Shown: piece by piece, positions 1 to 11,400 of the stretch
Position numbering within the stretch: the first letter of the stretch is position 1
Layout of the letters: every line of letters starts with the position of its first letter
Source: Acidobacteriota bacterium
GTDB lineage: Bacteria > Acidobacteriota > Thermoanaerobaculia > Gp7-AA8
DNA: 64,000 bases
Direction: 5' to 3'
Assembly: GCA_019244185.1 (NCBI GenBank)
Contig: JAFATB010000006.1
Coordinates: forward strand, 224,001-288,000
Program-made: the position numbers and the translations under genes
The notes under the pieces: generated by a model
Told to the model about the DNA's origin: nothing
Seen by the model: only the letters and a program-made list of their open reading frames with translations
Databases searched by the model: none

Positions 1-2447
1 TTCGCCACGTACGGCTGCGTGCCGTCGAGCGTCGCCGTGAACGTGACGGCGGAGAGCGCGTCGGTGACCTGCAGGTCGATCGACGGGACGCGGTTGAAGT
101 CGCGGCGCACGCTCGTGTCGAGCACGGCGTTGCTCTCGAGGAACTTCACCAGCGGCCCGGTCTTGTCGACGAGCACGCGCACTTCGGCGTCGGTCGTGTT
201 GTCCGCGCGATCGGTCGCGTGCACGGCGACGACGTGCGGTCCGTCCGTCGCGATCGCGGCGCCGGACGTGTAGTCGGTGCCGTCGAGCTTCGCCGTGTAC
301 GCGACGCCGGGCAGGTTGTCGGTGACGCTGATGACGACGTGCGCGTCGCGGCCGAACGGCGTCTGCACGTTCGTGTCGAGCGCGGTGCCCGACTCGGAGA
401 ACGCGATCGCGGGCTTCGTCTTGTCGACGAGCAGAGTCAGCGTCGCGTCAGCGGTGTTGCCCGCGGCGTCAATCGCGTGCACCACGAGCGCGTGCTCGCC
501 TTCCGCAACGATGTTCGTGTTCGTCGTGTACGGCGCGCCGTCGAGCGTGGCGGTGAAGGTCGCGGACGAGACGGCATCCGTCGCGCGCACGTCGATGGCG
601 ACGTCGCGGCGGAACTTCTGCAGGTCGCGCGGATCGAGCTTCGTCGCGCCGTCGTAGAACGCGATCACCGGCGCGCTCTTGTCGACGAGTAGCGAGAGCG
701 TGACGTCGGTGACGTTCCCCGCCTCGTCCGTCGCGTGTACTTTCAGCGCGTGCGTTCCCTCGGCCGTAATCGTCGCGAGCGAGGTGTACGCGGCGCCGTC
801 GAGCGTGGCTGCCGACTGCACCTGTGTCGTCGCGTCGCTGGCGAGAATCTCGACCGCGGCATCGCGCGCGAACTTTGCCGTCTGCGCGGGATCGAGCGTC
901 GTGCCCGACTCGCGCAGCACGACCACCGGCGCGACTTTGTCGACGAGCACGTCGAGCGTGGCCGTGGCCGGGTTGCCCGCCTCATCGACCGCATTGACGA
1001 CGATCTTGTGCCACCCCTCCGTCGGGATCGGATCGAGCGAGCGCCACGCGTGGCCGTCGAGCGTGGCCGTGTACGTCGGCGTCGACTGCGCGTCGGTGAG
1101 CCGCACCTCGATGGCCGGATCGATCTTGAACTTCGCGATCGGATCGAGCTTCACGCCCGCCGCGTAGAACGCGATCGTGGGCGCGCCGAGGTCGACGAGG
1201 ATCGTGGCCTGGACGGTGCGGCGGTTGCGCACGCCGTCGAGCGCGTCGACGACAAGGTAGTGCGTCCCTTCCTGCGCGATCGGCGTCTTCGCGACGTACG
1301 GGTGCCCGTCGAGCGTGGCGGTGTACGTCGTCGCGGTCCAGGCGTCCGTTACCTGGATATCAATCGATGGCGGCCGGTTGAATTTCGAATTCGGCAGCGG
1401 CAGCGGCGTGCCCGATTCCGTGAGCGTGACGACCGGCTGCGACTTGTCGACGAGCACCTTCACTTCGCTCTCGACGGCGTTGCCGGCGCGATCGACCGCG
1501 CGCGCGTGAATCGTGTGCAGCCCTTCCGCGGCGATCGGCGTGAGCGGCGTGTACGGAGCGCCGTCGACGGTGGCGGTCAGCGTGGCTACGCCCGACGCGT
1601 CGTCGGTTGCGCGCACGTCGACGCGCGCGTCGTGATCGAGCGCGGTGGTGGTGTTCGGCTGGAGCTGGACGCTTCCTTCGAAGAACGAGATCGCCGGCGC
1701 GGTGTGATCGACCGGCGACTTCGCGGAGAGGTCGTCGACGTACGCGTCGCCTTTCACCGCCGACCAGATGCCGATGCGGCCGCTCTTGAGGCGCGTTGCC
1801 GCGGCGTCGGTGGCGTCGATCGAGAACGTCGACGGCTCGGTCGTGCCGTCGGCCCAGAAGCGCGCGCGGATGTTCGTCGCGCTGCCGGTGTCGTCGACCT
1901 GGATGAAGAAGCGATACCACGTGTTCGTGGCGGGCGTGAACGCGCTGTCGGTGCGGTTCGCGAGCGTGCCCGCGCCGAAGCCGAAGAGCTGCATCGTCAG
2001 CGTCGGGCCGCCGTTCTGCGACCACAATCCGAGGAGGTAGTACGAGTCTTTCTCCGGATACGAGGAGAGGAACGTGAAGCCGATGCGCGTGTCGCTGCTC
2101 GTGCGGATGAAGCGGCCGCGGTATTCGAAGCGGCCGTTCGTGCTGAAGGTCCTGGTCTGGAGCGTGGAGAACGTGCCGATGCGCGGGTTGTTGCCTTCCG
2201 GTTTGCCGGACGACTGCTTCGTGCCGAAGACGATGTTCGAGCCGTGGTTGCCCTGCGTAGGATCGGGCCAGGTCTTGTACAAGCCGTTGGCCGACGGATG
2301 CGAGCTGCCGATCGACGTGTCGACCCAGCCGTCGGGATTGCGCGGCGAGCCGTAGCTCTGGAAATCGTCGGAGTACGAGACTTCCGTCTGCTGCGCGAAG
2401 AGCGCAGGACAGACGAGGAGAAACGCGAAGAGAACGAGCTTACGCAT
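1..2447 (-). CDS. Secreted Ig-like repeat protein with N-terminal ConA/LamG-like beta-sandwich (partial; 3' end outside window)
   Basis: Not in the ORF track because it has no stop inside the window. Hand translation from ATG 2447 (AGGA RBS upstream) gives MRKLVLFAFLLVCPALFAQQTEVSYSDDF... (signal peptide), then ...TWYRFFIQVDD...RARFWADG...SGRIGIWS...YVDDL (ConA-like). Tandem ~90-aa Ig-type repeats follow (VDxxAPxI...TATLDGxPY...EGxHxxxxxAxDxAGN). Confidence 0.88.
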   Translation of the reverse strand, partial: MRKLVLFAFLLVCPALFAQQTEVSYSDDFQSYGSPRNPDGWVDTSIGSSHPSANGLYKTWPDPTQGNHGSNIVFGTKQSSGKPEGNNPRIGTFSTLQTRTFSTNGRFEYRGRFIRTSSDTRIGFTFLSSYPEKDSYYLLGLWSQNGGPTLTMQLFGFGAGTLANRTDSAFTPATNTWYRFFIQVDDTGSATNIRARFWADGTTEPSTFSIDATDAAATRLKSGRIGIWSAVKGDAYVDDLSAKSPVDHTAPAISFFEGSVQLQPNTTTALDHDARVDVRATDDASGVATLTATVDGAPYTPLTPIAAEGLHTIHARAVDRAGNAVESEVKVLVDKSQPVVTLTESGTPLPLPNSKFNRPPSIDIQVTDAWTATTYTATLDGHPYVAKTPIAQEGTHYLVVDALDGVRNRRTVQATILVDLGAPTIAFYAAGVKLDPIAKFKIDPAIEVRLTDAQSTPTYTATLDGHAWRSLDPIPTEGWHKIVVNAVDEAGNPATATLDVLVDKVAPVVVLRESGTTLDPAQTAKFARDAAVEILASDATTQVQSAATLDGAAYTSLATITAEGTHALKVHATDEAGNVTDVTLSLLVDKSAPVIAFYDGATKLDPRDLQKFRRDVAIDVRATDAVSSATFTATLDGAPYTTNTNIVAEGEHALVVHAIDAAGNTADATLTLLVDKTKPAIAFSESGTALDTNVQTPFGRDAHVVISVTDNLPGVAYTAKLDGTDYTSGAAIATDGPHVVAVHATDRADNTTDAEVRVLVDKTGPLVKFLESNAVLDTSVRRDFNRVPSIDLQVTDALSAVTFTATLDGTQPYVA

Positions 2448-2495
2448 GTGATTCCTGGTTGTGTTGGACCCGGACCTGACGATGGACCTGAACGA

Positions 2496-5400
2496 TTACC
2501 GCAACCCCGCCGCGCGTCCGTGCGCATTGCGCCGGTACGCGTTGGCGAAGTCGAAACGAGACTGCGTAGAAGTTGATGACGACGATGAACTCGACGACGA
2601 CAGCGCCGCCGCTTTCGGCGCCGACGGCGTCGCCAGCGCGCGCAGCGTCTGCAGCGACGACCACACCTGCACCTCGGCGAGGTTGATCGCGAACTGCGAG
2701 CTCGCCGTCATCTGCACGCGCACGTAACGCCCCGTGCGCCCGATCGGGAACGTCTTGCCGCCGATCAGCACCGGCGTGCCGTAGTAGTACGCGGCGACCT
2801 TCGGATCGGCGAGCGCCTCCGCGGTCGTGCTGCCCGCGATCGGCTCATCCGAAACGAAGATGTAGAAGTTCGTGAGGAAGTGCGGCGGCCAGTCGAGGCG
2901 ACCCCAGACGTCGATCGAGTCGATGGCCTGCACCGAGCAGAGGTCGACGCTCCACCACTCCTCGAGATTCGCGGTGGTGTGGTTGATCGAGTACTCGCTG
3001 CCGAGCACGCCGTTCGTGTTCGCGTTCACGGCGAGCCACGGACCGTAATCCTGATACGTCGACGACTGGGTCGCCTTGCGTCCCGCGGAGAGGTTCACGC
3101 GCTGCGGCGAGACCGGCGCCCACACCTGCACCTCGGCCGGATGCAGATACTCCTGACCGCTCAGCTGCACGCGGACGTAACGGCCGGTGCGGCGCACGTC
3201 GAACGTCGACGGGCGCTGCGCGTTCGGATAGTAGAAGTACGAGGTGACGCCGGACTGCGCGAGCGTCGCGTTGAGATCGCCGGACGTGAACGGCGTGTCG
3301 GAGACGTGGACCCAGAAGCGCGAGAGACGCTCCTGGCAGCACATGTTGAAGCCGCCGTTCCAGACGTCGATGGCGTCGATCGGCTGCACGGCGCCGAGGT
3401 CGACCTGCCACCACTCCTGCGGCGCGTTGCCGGTGTGCGCGTACGAGTACATGTCGCCGTCGACGGGGTACTCGGCGCAGTTGTACGGGCAGGGCGACGG
3501 TGCGGCGGCCTCGCGGCCGTTGACGCTGAGCCACGACGACATCGACGTCGGCTTGTGGTACGCGAGGTTGACGCGCGTGACTTTGGCAACGCGGTCGAAC
3601 CAGGCCTGGCCGTCGTAGATGACGAACGACATGCCGCGGAGGCTCATGCCGGCCATCTGCATCGACGACACGGGGATCTCCAGACGAACCCACTCACCGG
3701 CTTTCGGCATGGAGCCCATGCGGCGGCGCTCGACGGTTCCGTCGGTGCCGTAGGCCACGAGGTCGTCGCCCCAGTATACGCGGCGGCTCCAGCCGCCGTC
3801 GTTGAACTCGAGCATGAGCTCGCGCGGCGGCGCGCATGGATCGATGAGAGCGTAGACGACGATGACGTCGTCCATGCCCAGCGTCATCGTTGCGGACGCG
3901 GAATCGAAGTGGCTCTGATGGCTGCCGCCGCCGTTCGGAACGTTCATCGACAGCGTGCCGCTCGCGGCCTGCGCGGAGCTCCAGTCGAACGGCGTCCGCT
4001 CGACGCCGCCCGCGGGGAGCGCGTCGTCGAACCAGACGGTCTCGCCCGGCAGATACGACGGCTTCGCGGCCTTGCCGAGGACGCAGGCGGCGTCGCCGAT
4101 GGCATCGAACCACGCCTCACCGCCGTCGACGGAGATGGTCAAGCTGTTGACGTTCGTCGCGGACGTAATGCCGAGCGACGAGGCGAGGACTTCGAGACGC
4201 GTCCAGACGCCGCCCGCGGGCAGTGCGGCGAGCTGCACCTGCGTCGCGGCAGGCGTGAGGCGCGACTCGCCCCACGACGCGCGCCATTGCGTGGTGCCGT
4301 CGCTCCACGTGGCGAGGATCTGCCGCGGCGGATCGCACGGATTGACGAGCGCGTAGAGCACGAGGTTGTCGTCCGGCTGCACGCTCATCGGCGCGGCGTT
4401 CGCGAACGTCCACGAGCGCGCGCCGCTGCCGGCGGCGAAGTGCAGCGCAAGCGAGCCGGCGGCGACCTGCGTCGCGTCGAACGTGGCGTCGCCGCTCGCG
4501 TTCGCGCCGGAAGGCGGCGCGTCGTCGATCCACATCGTGGCCAGCGGCGTCGACGACGGACGCGCGACGCTGGCGAGCGTTGCGCACGCGTTCAACGTGA
4601 GCGAGGCGCTCTTCGAGGCGCCGTACGTCGCGAAGACGCTCGCGGTCGTGGCGGCGCCGACGCGGTCGGTGGTGACGGTGAAGGTGACCTGCGACGTGCC
4701 GGCCGGCACGAGCACCGCCGGCGGCACGTGCAGCTGCGTCGTGCTCGCGGCGAGCGACACGAGCGCGCCGCCGGCGGGCGCGGCGGAGCCGAGGGTGACG
4801 GTCGCATTGACGCTCGCGCCGCCTTCGACCGCGTTCGCGTCGAGCGCGAGCGATGCGAGCGCGCCGTTCGTGCCGGCGACGTTCAGCGCCGCGATCTTCG
4901 TCTGCTGATAGCGCGCGGTGATCGTGGCGGTGACGTTCGATGTGGACGCAGCCGTTGCGATCGAGAACTGCGCGGTGGTCTGGCCCGCGGCGATGGTGAT
5001 CGAGGGAGGCAGCGTCACGGAGCTCGCGGAGCTCGTGAGCGTGACGACGATGCCGCTGCTGCGCGCGGGCGTTGCGAGTCGCACGGTTCCGAACGTCGAC
5101 TCGCCGGCGTTGACGCTCGACGGTTCGATGGTCAGCGTCGAGAGCTGGTTGGCGTCGACGATGGCGCCGTTGACGGCGACGGTCGACGAGAGCGGCGCGA
5201 CGTGCGAGTCGGTGGCGGTGAGCGTGAACGCATCGCCGCCCTGCCCGCCCACGGAGATGCGGAACGAGCCGTCGGACGCGGCGGGGCCGCTGTAGATCGC
5301 GCCGGTGCGGACGTTCTTCGCCGCGAGATGAATGGGCGTGTCGGGATCGATGACGGCGCCCGCGGGGCCGGTGACGAAGTCGCCGCCGGCATCGCTGGTG

Positions 5401-8400
5401 ACGACGATCTGCGCGCGCTTCGACTGGGGGAACTGCGGCGCGCCGCTGTTGCCGGTGAAGGCGACGCCTTCGGGGATCGTGACGAGTCCCTGTTCGTTCG
5501 CGACGTAGAGCACGCCGTTCACCAGCGCGACGTCGAAGGCGTTGCCGCTCGTCTGCTGGCGCCCGAGGTAGCGCGGCGCGTTCGGATCGGTGATGTCGTA
5601 GAAGAGCGCGCCGAGCATGAGACCGCCGAAGACGGCGCGGTTGCCGCTCACGGCCACGCCCTGCGTCATCGCGCCGTTGGAGAAGACGCTCTTCACGACC
5701 GGCGATGCGGGATTCGATAGATCGACGACGGCGATCTTGTCGCCGTAGCCGGCGAGATAGAGCGTGTCGCCGGAGATCGCGCCGCGGAACGCGGAGAAGT
5801 TCGGGATGTCGACGTCGGCGAGCTTCACGAGGTTGTTGACGTCGCGGTGGTCGATGACGATGACGTCGTGCGACGGCGCCTGCGTGGCGACGAGGTAGTC
5901 GTCGCCGAACGCGAGCAGGCTCTCGAGCTGCGTGCCGGGCGTCGTGTCCTGCTCGTGCACGAGATGCGGCGACGCGGGATTGCTGACGTCGTAGACGCGG
6001 ATGCGGCCGTCGTTGTGCCCGAAGTTGACGGAGGTGAACGCATAGTTGCCGGCGACGGCGACGCCGAGATCGCCCGCGTCGAGGCCGACGCAATGGCGCG
6101 TCGACGTCGAGCTGGTGAGATCGATCGTGCAGAAGTCGTACGAGCCGACGTACGCCCAGCCGTCGCGCACGGCGAGGCCGTACGACGAGCCTTCCGCGGC
6201 GGCGAGCGTCCACTTGTAGACCGGCGCCGCGGGGTTGCTGATGTCGAAGACCGCGAGCTCGTTGTTCGAGCCGGAGATGCCTTCGTCGGCCCACTTCGCG
6301 ACGGCGAGCCAGTGGCCGTCGGTGCGTACGGTGCGCGCGCGATACGTGCCGCCGCCGAACGGGAAGTCGGTCATCGACGCGCCGAACGGCACGAAGCCGG
6401 CGTTCGTGGTGATGCTCGCGCGGCCGACGACGTCGTACGCGGTGACGTCGATGGCATCGCCGGACGATGCCGCGATCGACGCGTCGAAGCTGCCGTCGGC
6501 GCGCACGGCGAAGCCGGTGGCCGTCGCGCCGGTGGTGCGGTTCGTCACGGTGACGGTGAGCGGCGCGGCGCCGCTCACGGCGGTCGCGCGGCCATGCACC
6601 GCGGTGTCGCTCGCGCCGCGTGTCAGCGTGAGATCGACCGCGGAGACCTGCGGCGCGACGGGGAGCTTCGCGTAGGCGATGCCGAGGTCGTTCGCGACGT
6701 AGGCGTGGTTCGCGTAGAAGAGGACGTCGCGCGCGGTGCCGCCGAACGGAATGGTGCGCTCGAAGAACGGCGCCGCGGGCGAGGTGATGTCGTACTGCGC
6801 CAGGCCGTAGCTTCCCGCCGCGGGGAATGCTTCGGTGCCGACGATGGCGATGCCTTCGCTGCCGTCGTCGGTGTGAATGGCGCGGCTCAGCACGACCGGA
6901 TGCGCGGGGTCGCTCACGTCGACGGCCGCGGTCTGATATGCGTTGGTGAGATACAGCGTCTTGCCGTTGAGGCGTCCGCGTGACGTGCGGAAGTCGGGCA
7001 GGTCGAGGTCGGCGACGGTGACGATGTTGTTGACGTCGCGGACGTCGAAGATCATCAGATCGTGGCCGCTATAGCTGAGGCCCGCGAGGTAGCCGTTGCC
7101 GAGGTCGATGAGGCGCCAGAAGAACGAGCCGAAGCCGCTGCCCGGCACCATGGCCTGCTCTCGGATCAGGCGTGCATTCGCGGGATCGGCGACGTCGTAC
7201 ACGCGCAGGCGGTAGTCGCTGTTCGTCGCCACGTACATGTAGCGATTGACGAGCGCGAGGCTGAGCGCGCCGATCGAGCCGTAGCAGTTCTTCGTCGCGG
7301 ACGGGTTCGCGTAGTTGACGGTGCAGAAGTCGTACGACGCGATGTACGCCCAGCCGTCCACTGCTGCGACGTCGTAGATGGCGGTGTTGCCGGCGGAGAG
7401 CGAGCGCACGAACGCGGGGTGATCGGGATCGCTGACGTCGAGCAGCGCGATGCGGTCGCTGTCGCCGTTGCCCGCCCCACCGCCCGCGCCGGAGACGAGG
7501 AGCGTCGTGCCGTCGCGCACGACGTTGCGCGCGCGGAACGAGCCGTCGACGCCCCACGACGACTGGCTGAGCTGCGTGACGACGACGGACGAGTGCAGCA
7601 CGAGGTCGCCGACGTTGGTGATGCCGTCGGCCACGGGAGTCGTTGCGGCGGAGGCGCCGCTGAGCGTGGTGCCATCGGCGAGCGTCAGCGTCGCGTTGCA
7701 CGTGATCGCGCCGGTGGCCGGCATGTTCGCGATCGAGAAGAAGCCGCTCGCGTCGGTGGCGACGCTGGTCGTGTCGCAGGTGACGGCGGCGTTCGCGACG
7801 GCGTGCGCGCGCTCGTCGAGCACGCGGCCGGTGACGGTGGTGGTGTAGGTGCCGGTGGCGAGGACGTGCAGCGTGGCGGTCTTCGTCGTCGTGCCGAGCG
7901 TCGCGGTGATGGTGACGTTCGCGGCGTTCGGTGACGACGGCGTGGCGATCGTGAATTGCGCGGAGGTCGCGCCGCCGGCGATGGTGATCGTGGGCGGCAC
8001 GGTCGCGGCGCCCGACGAGCTCGCGAGCGCGACGACGACGCCGGCGCTGCGCGCGGGCTGGAGCAGTTGGACGGTGCCGGTGGCGCTCGTGCCCGCGACG
8101 ACGTTCGCCGGTGCGATGCCGAGCGCGCCGAGGCCGTTCTGCTCGACGATCGTGCCGGCGACGGGGATCGACGGCGACGCGAGCGGGAAGGCGTGCGTGT
8201 CGGTCGCGCGGACGGTGAAGGTGTCGCCGGCGCGCGCGACGAGCGGGATCGTGAACGAGCCGTCCGCCGCGGCGTCGACCGGCGTCGTCGCCTGACCGGT
8301 GCGCAGGTTCGTGGCCACGACGTGGATGGGCGTGTCGGGATCGACGACGGCGCCGGCCAGCGCGACGATCGCGTCGCCGTTCGACGTCGACGTGACGGCG

Positions 8401-11400
8401 ATCTGCGCGCGTTTCGCGGCGGGGAACTGCGGCGCGCCGCTGTTGTAGAGATGCGACGACGCGCCGTCTTCGCTGAGCGACGCGGTGTCGACGCGGTCCG
8501 CCGACTGCAGCCTCGCACCGAAGAGACGGACGGTGTCGAAGCGCTGCACGCCGTACCAGGCGTCGCCTGGTTGGATATCCATCGATTCGCCGGCGTTCGG
8601 CGCGAGCGTGAGGATGTTGCCGTTCGTGGCGGCGATGCGCCACACGCCCTTCACGCCGTTCGCGTTCGCGATCTCGACCCAGTGTCCGGCGAAGAACGGC
8701 AGGACGTTGAAATCCGTGACGAGCGTGGCGCCGTTCGAGCCGTTCTGCGCGACGCCGTTGCCGAGCGACGGCAGATCGGTGATCGCGCTCGTGGCTACGC
8801 CCGCGGCATCGATGGTGAGCTCGCCGTACGTCGACTGCGCGCGGTGGAGGAGGATGCTGCCGGGCGCGCCGGCCGCGGTGACGCACGCGCCGCCGGTGTG
8901 GCCCGCGCGGGCGAGGAGCGCCGGGAGCGCGCTCGCGCTGTCGGTGGTCTCGATGGCGATCGCACCGCCGCCGCCGCTGGCGCAGCCGTCTCCGCCAATC
9001 GTTTCGATGCTGCCGCTGCCGGTCACGCTGCCCGCGGTGATCCAGACCGAGCCGCCCGCGCCGGCGCCGAGAGTGCTCTGCCCCGTGTTCGCGCCGTTCG
9101 CGCGGATCGCGCCGTGCACGGTGACGCGCGCGGCGCGGATGCGCACCACGCCGCCGCCGGAGGCGATGCCGGTGTCGGTGCCCGCGCCGCCCGCTTCGCT
9201 CGGACGGTCGATGCTGCCGTAGGTCTTGAGCGACGCGACCTTGCCGCCGCGGCCGATGTGCGACGCGCCTTCTTCGCCGCCGACGCCGGCGACGCCGGGA
9301 TACGAGCCGCGCAGCGTGTAGCCGCGCGCGGTCGTGTCGATGGCGCCGCCCGCGTCGACGCGCACTTCGTTCGCGGCGTCGATGGTCAGCGAGCCGCCGG
9401 TCGGATGCGTGAGCGTCGACTGCGCGTGCACGACGACGCCGGTGGCGCTGACGCGCGTCGCGGCGACGGTGCCGAAGACGTCGTACGTCGTCGCCTCGAT
9501 CGGATCCCAGGAGACGATCGTGACGTCGCGCGCGGTGACGGTGTCGAAGCGATAGAGACCCTGCCACTGATCGCCGGCGACGATGTTGATCGACTCGCTG
9601 CCGTTCGGCGCGAGCGTCAGCGTGCGTGCGCTGATCGCTGTGATGCGCCACGTGCCCTTCACGGTGCCGTCGGGCGCGGTGATGCGAATCCAGTGGCCGG
9701 CAAAGTACGCGGGCACGTCCGTCGCGCGATCGGTGACGAGCGTCGCGCCGGTCGAGCCGGCGAGCGCGAGGCCGCTGCCGATACCTTCGAGCTCGACGCG
9801 GTCGTTCGCGCGGCCCTTCGCATCGAAGGTCACGTCGCCGAACGTCGCGCCGGAGCGTTTGATGAAGACGCTGCCCGCGCCGCCGGCCGCGCGCGTGCAG
9901 CCGGCGAACGCACCGGGACGCGCGTACGCCGCGGGGACGACGCTCGAGGGGTCGCTGTACTCGATGGCGATTGCGCCGCCGCCGCCGGTGCTGCAGGCGC
10001 CGCTGCCGCCGTCGGCTTCGATCGAGCCGCCGCCGGCGATCCTCGCCGTGGTGATCCAGACCGAGCCGCCGCCGCCGGAGCCGAGACCGCTGCCGGCATC
10101 GGTTGCGCCGTTCGCGCGGATCGCGCCGTCCACGACGACGTTCGTCGCGTTAACGCGGATCGCGCCGCCGCCCCAGCCGCCGCCGGTGTCGGTGCCGCCG
10201 GAACCGAATTCCTGCGGGCGATCCACACTGCCGTAGGTGCGGTGGTCGTCGGCTTCCCCGCCGCCGCGTCCGATGTGGCCGCCGCCTTCATCCCCGTTGA
10301 CGCCCGGCACGCCGGGGTACGAGCCGCGGTTCGTGTAGCCCTTCGCGGTGGCGTCGATCGACGCGCCGCAGGCGACGTAGAGCGTCGACACGCTGATGGC
10401 GAGCGGCTGCTCCTGCATCGGCGCGAGGACGGCGTTGCCGAGGAGCGCCACGCGATCGAAGGTGTGCGCGCCGGCGATCGTCAGCGTGACGCCGTCGAAG
10501 ACCGCGATGCTGCGGTGCTCGTACGCGCTGTCGGCCGCGGTGATGGTGCCGCTGGAGCGGATCTCGACCGCGCCCTTCATGACCGTGAAGGAGCCGTCGA
10601 CGGACGCGGTCGTGCCGGACGCGGTGGTGGCGACGACGTGCGTCGGCAGCTGCGTGCCGTCGGCGAGGTCGGGCACGGTGAACGTCGCTTCCCAGACGTC
10701 GTTGCCGAGCGGCGCAGCCTGTACGGTCGTACCGCTCACCGTGAGCTCGACCTTGCGAATGACGTTCGCGGGAGTCGGCGCCTTCGCGACGACGCGCAGC
10801 TTCGCGGCGTAGCCGGCCGGGAAGAGCGCGTCGCTGCCCGCGCACTGCCACGCGAGCGACGGCGCGTTCGCGTCGACGACCGGATGGATGACGAGCGGGA
10901 TCGCATTCGCGCTGCCGCTGTTGCCGTTGTTGTCTTCGGCGCTGACGACGAGATCGCGCGTCACATCCTGCGTGCCGTCGACGAACGGCACCGGCAGTTG
11001 CGCGCTGTACGTGTCGCCGCTGCCGTGCGCGAGCTCGTACGTGTTGCCGTCGAGCGTCGCGAAAACGCGCTTCACGCCGGAGTCGGTGTCGGTGACGGTT
11101 GCGGTGACGACGATCGGCGCGGACTGCCCTTCGGTGAACGCGGCGTTCGGCACCGGCGAGGTCACGGCGATCGACGGCGCGGTGTGATCCTTCACGATCT
11201 GCAGCGTGCCGGTGACGGAGACGCCGCCCCACGTCGCGGCGATCGGCGCCGAGACCGCGTTCGCGACGGGCGTCGTGGCGACGTTGAATGTCGCCGTCGT
11301 GGCGCCGCTCGGAATGACGACGCTGGACGGAATCGCGACGGCGCTGCTCGTCGTCGACAGCAGCACGAGCACGCCTTCGCTGCCCGCGGGAGCGCGCAGC

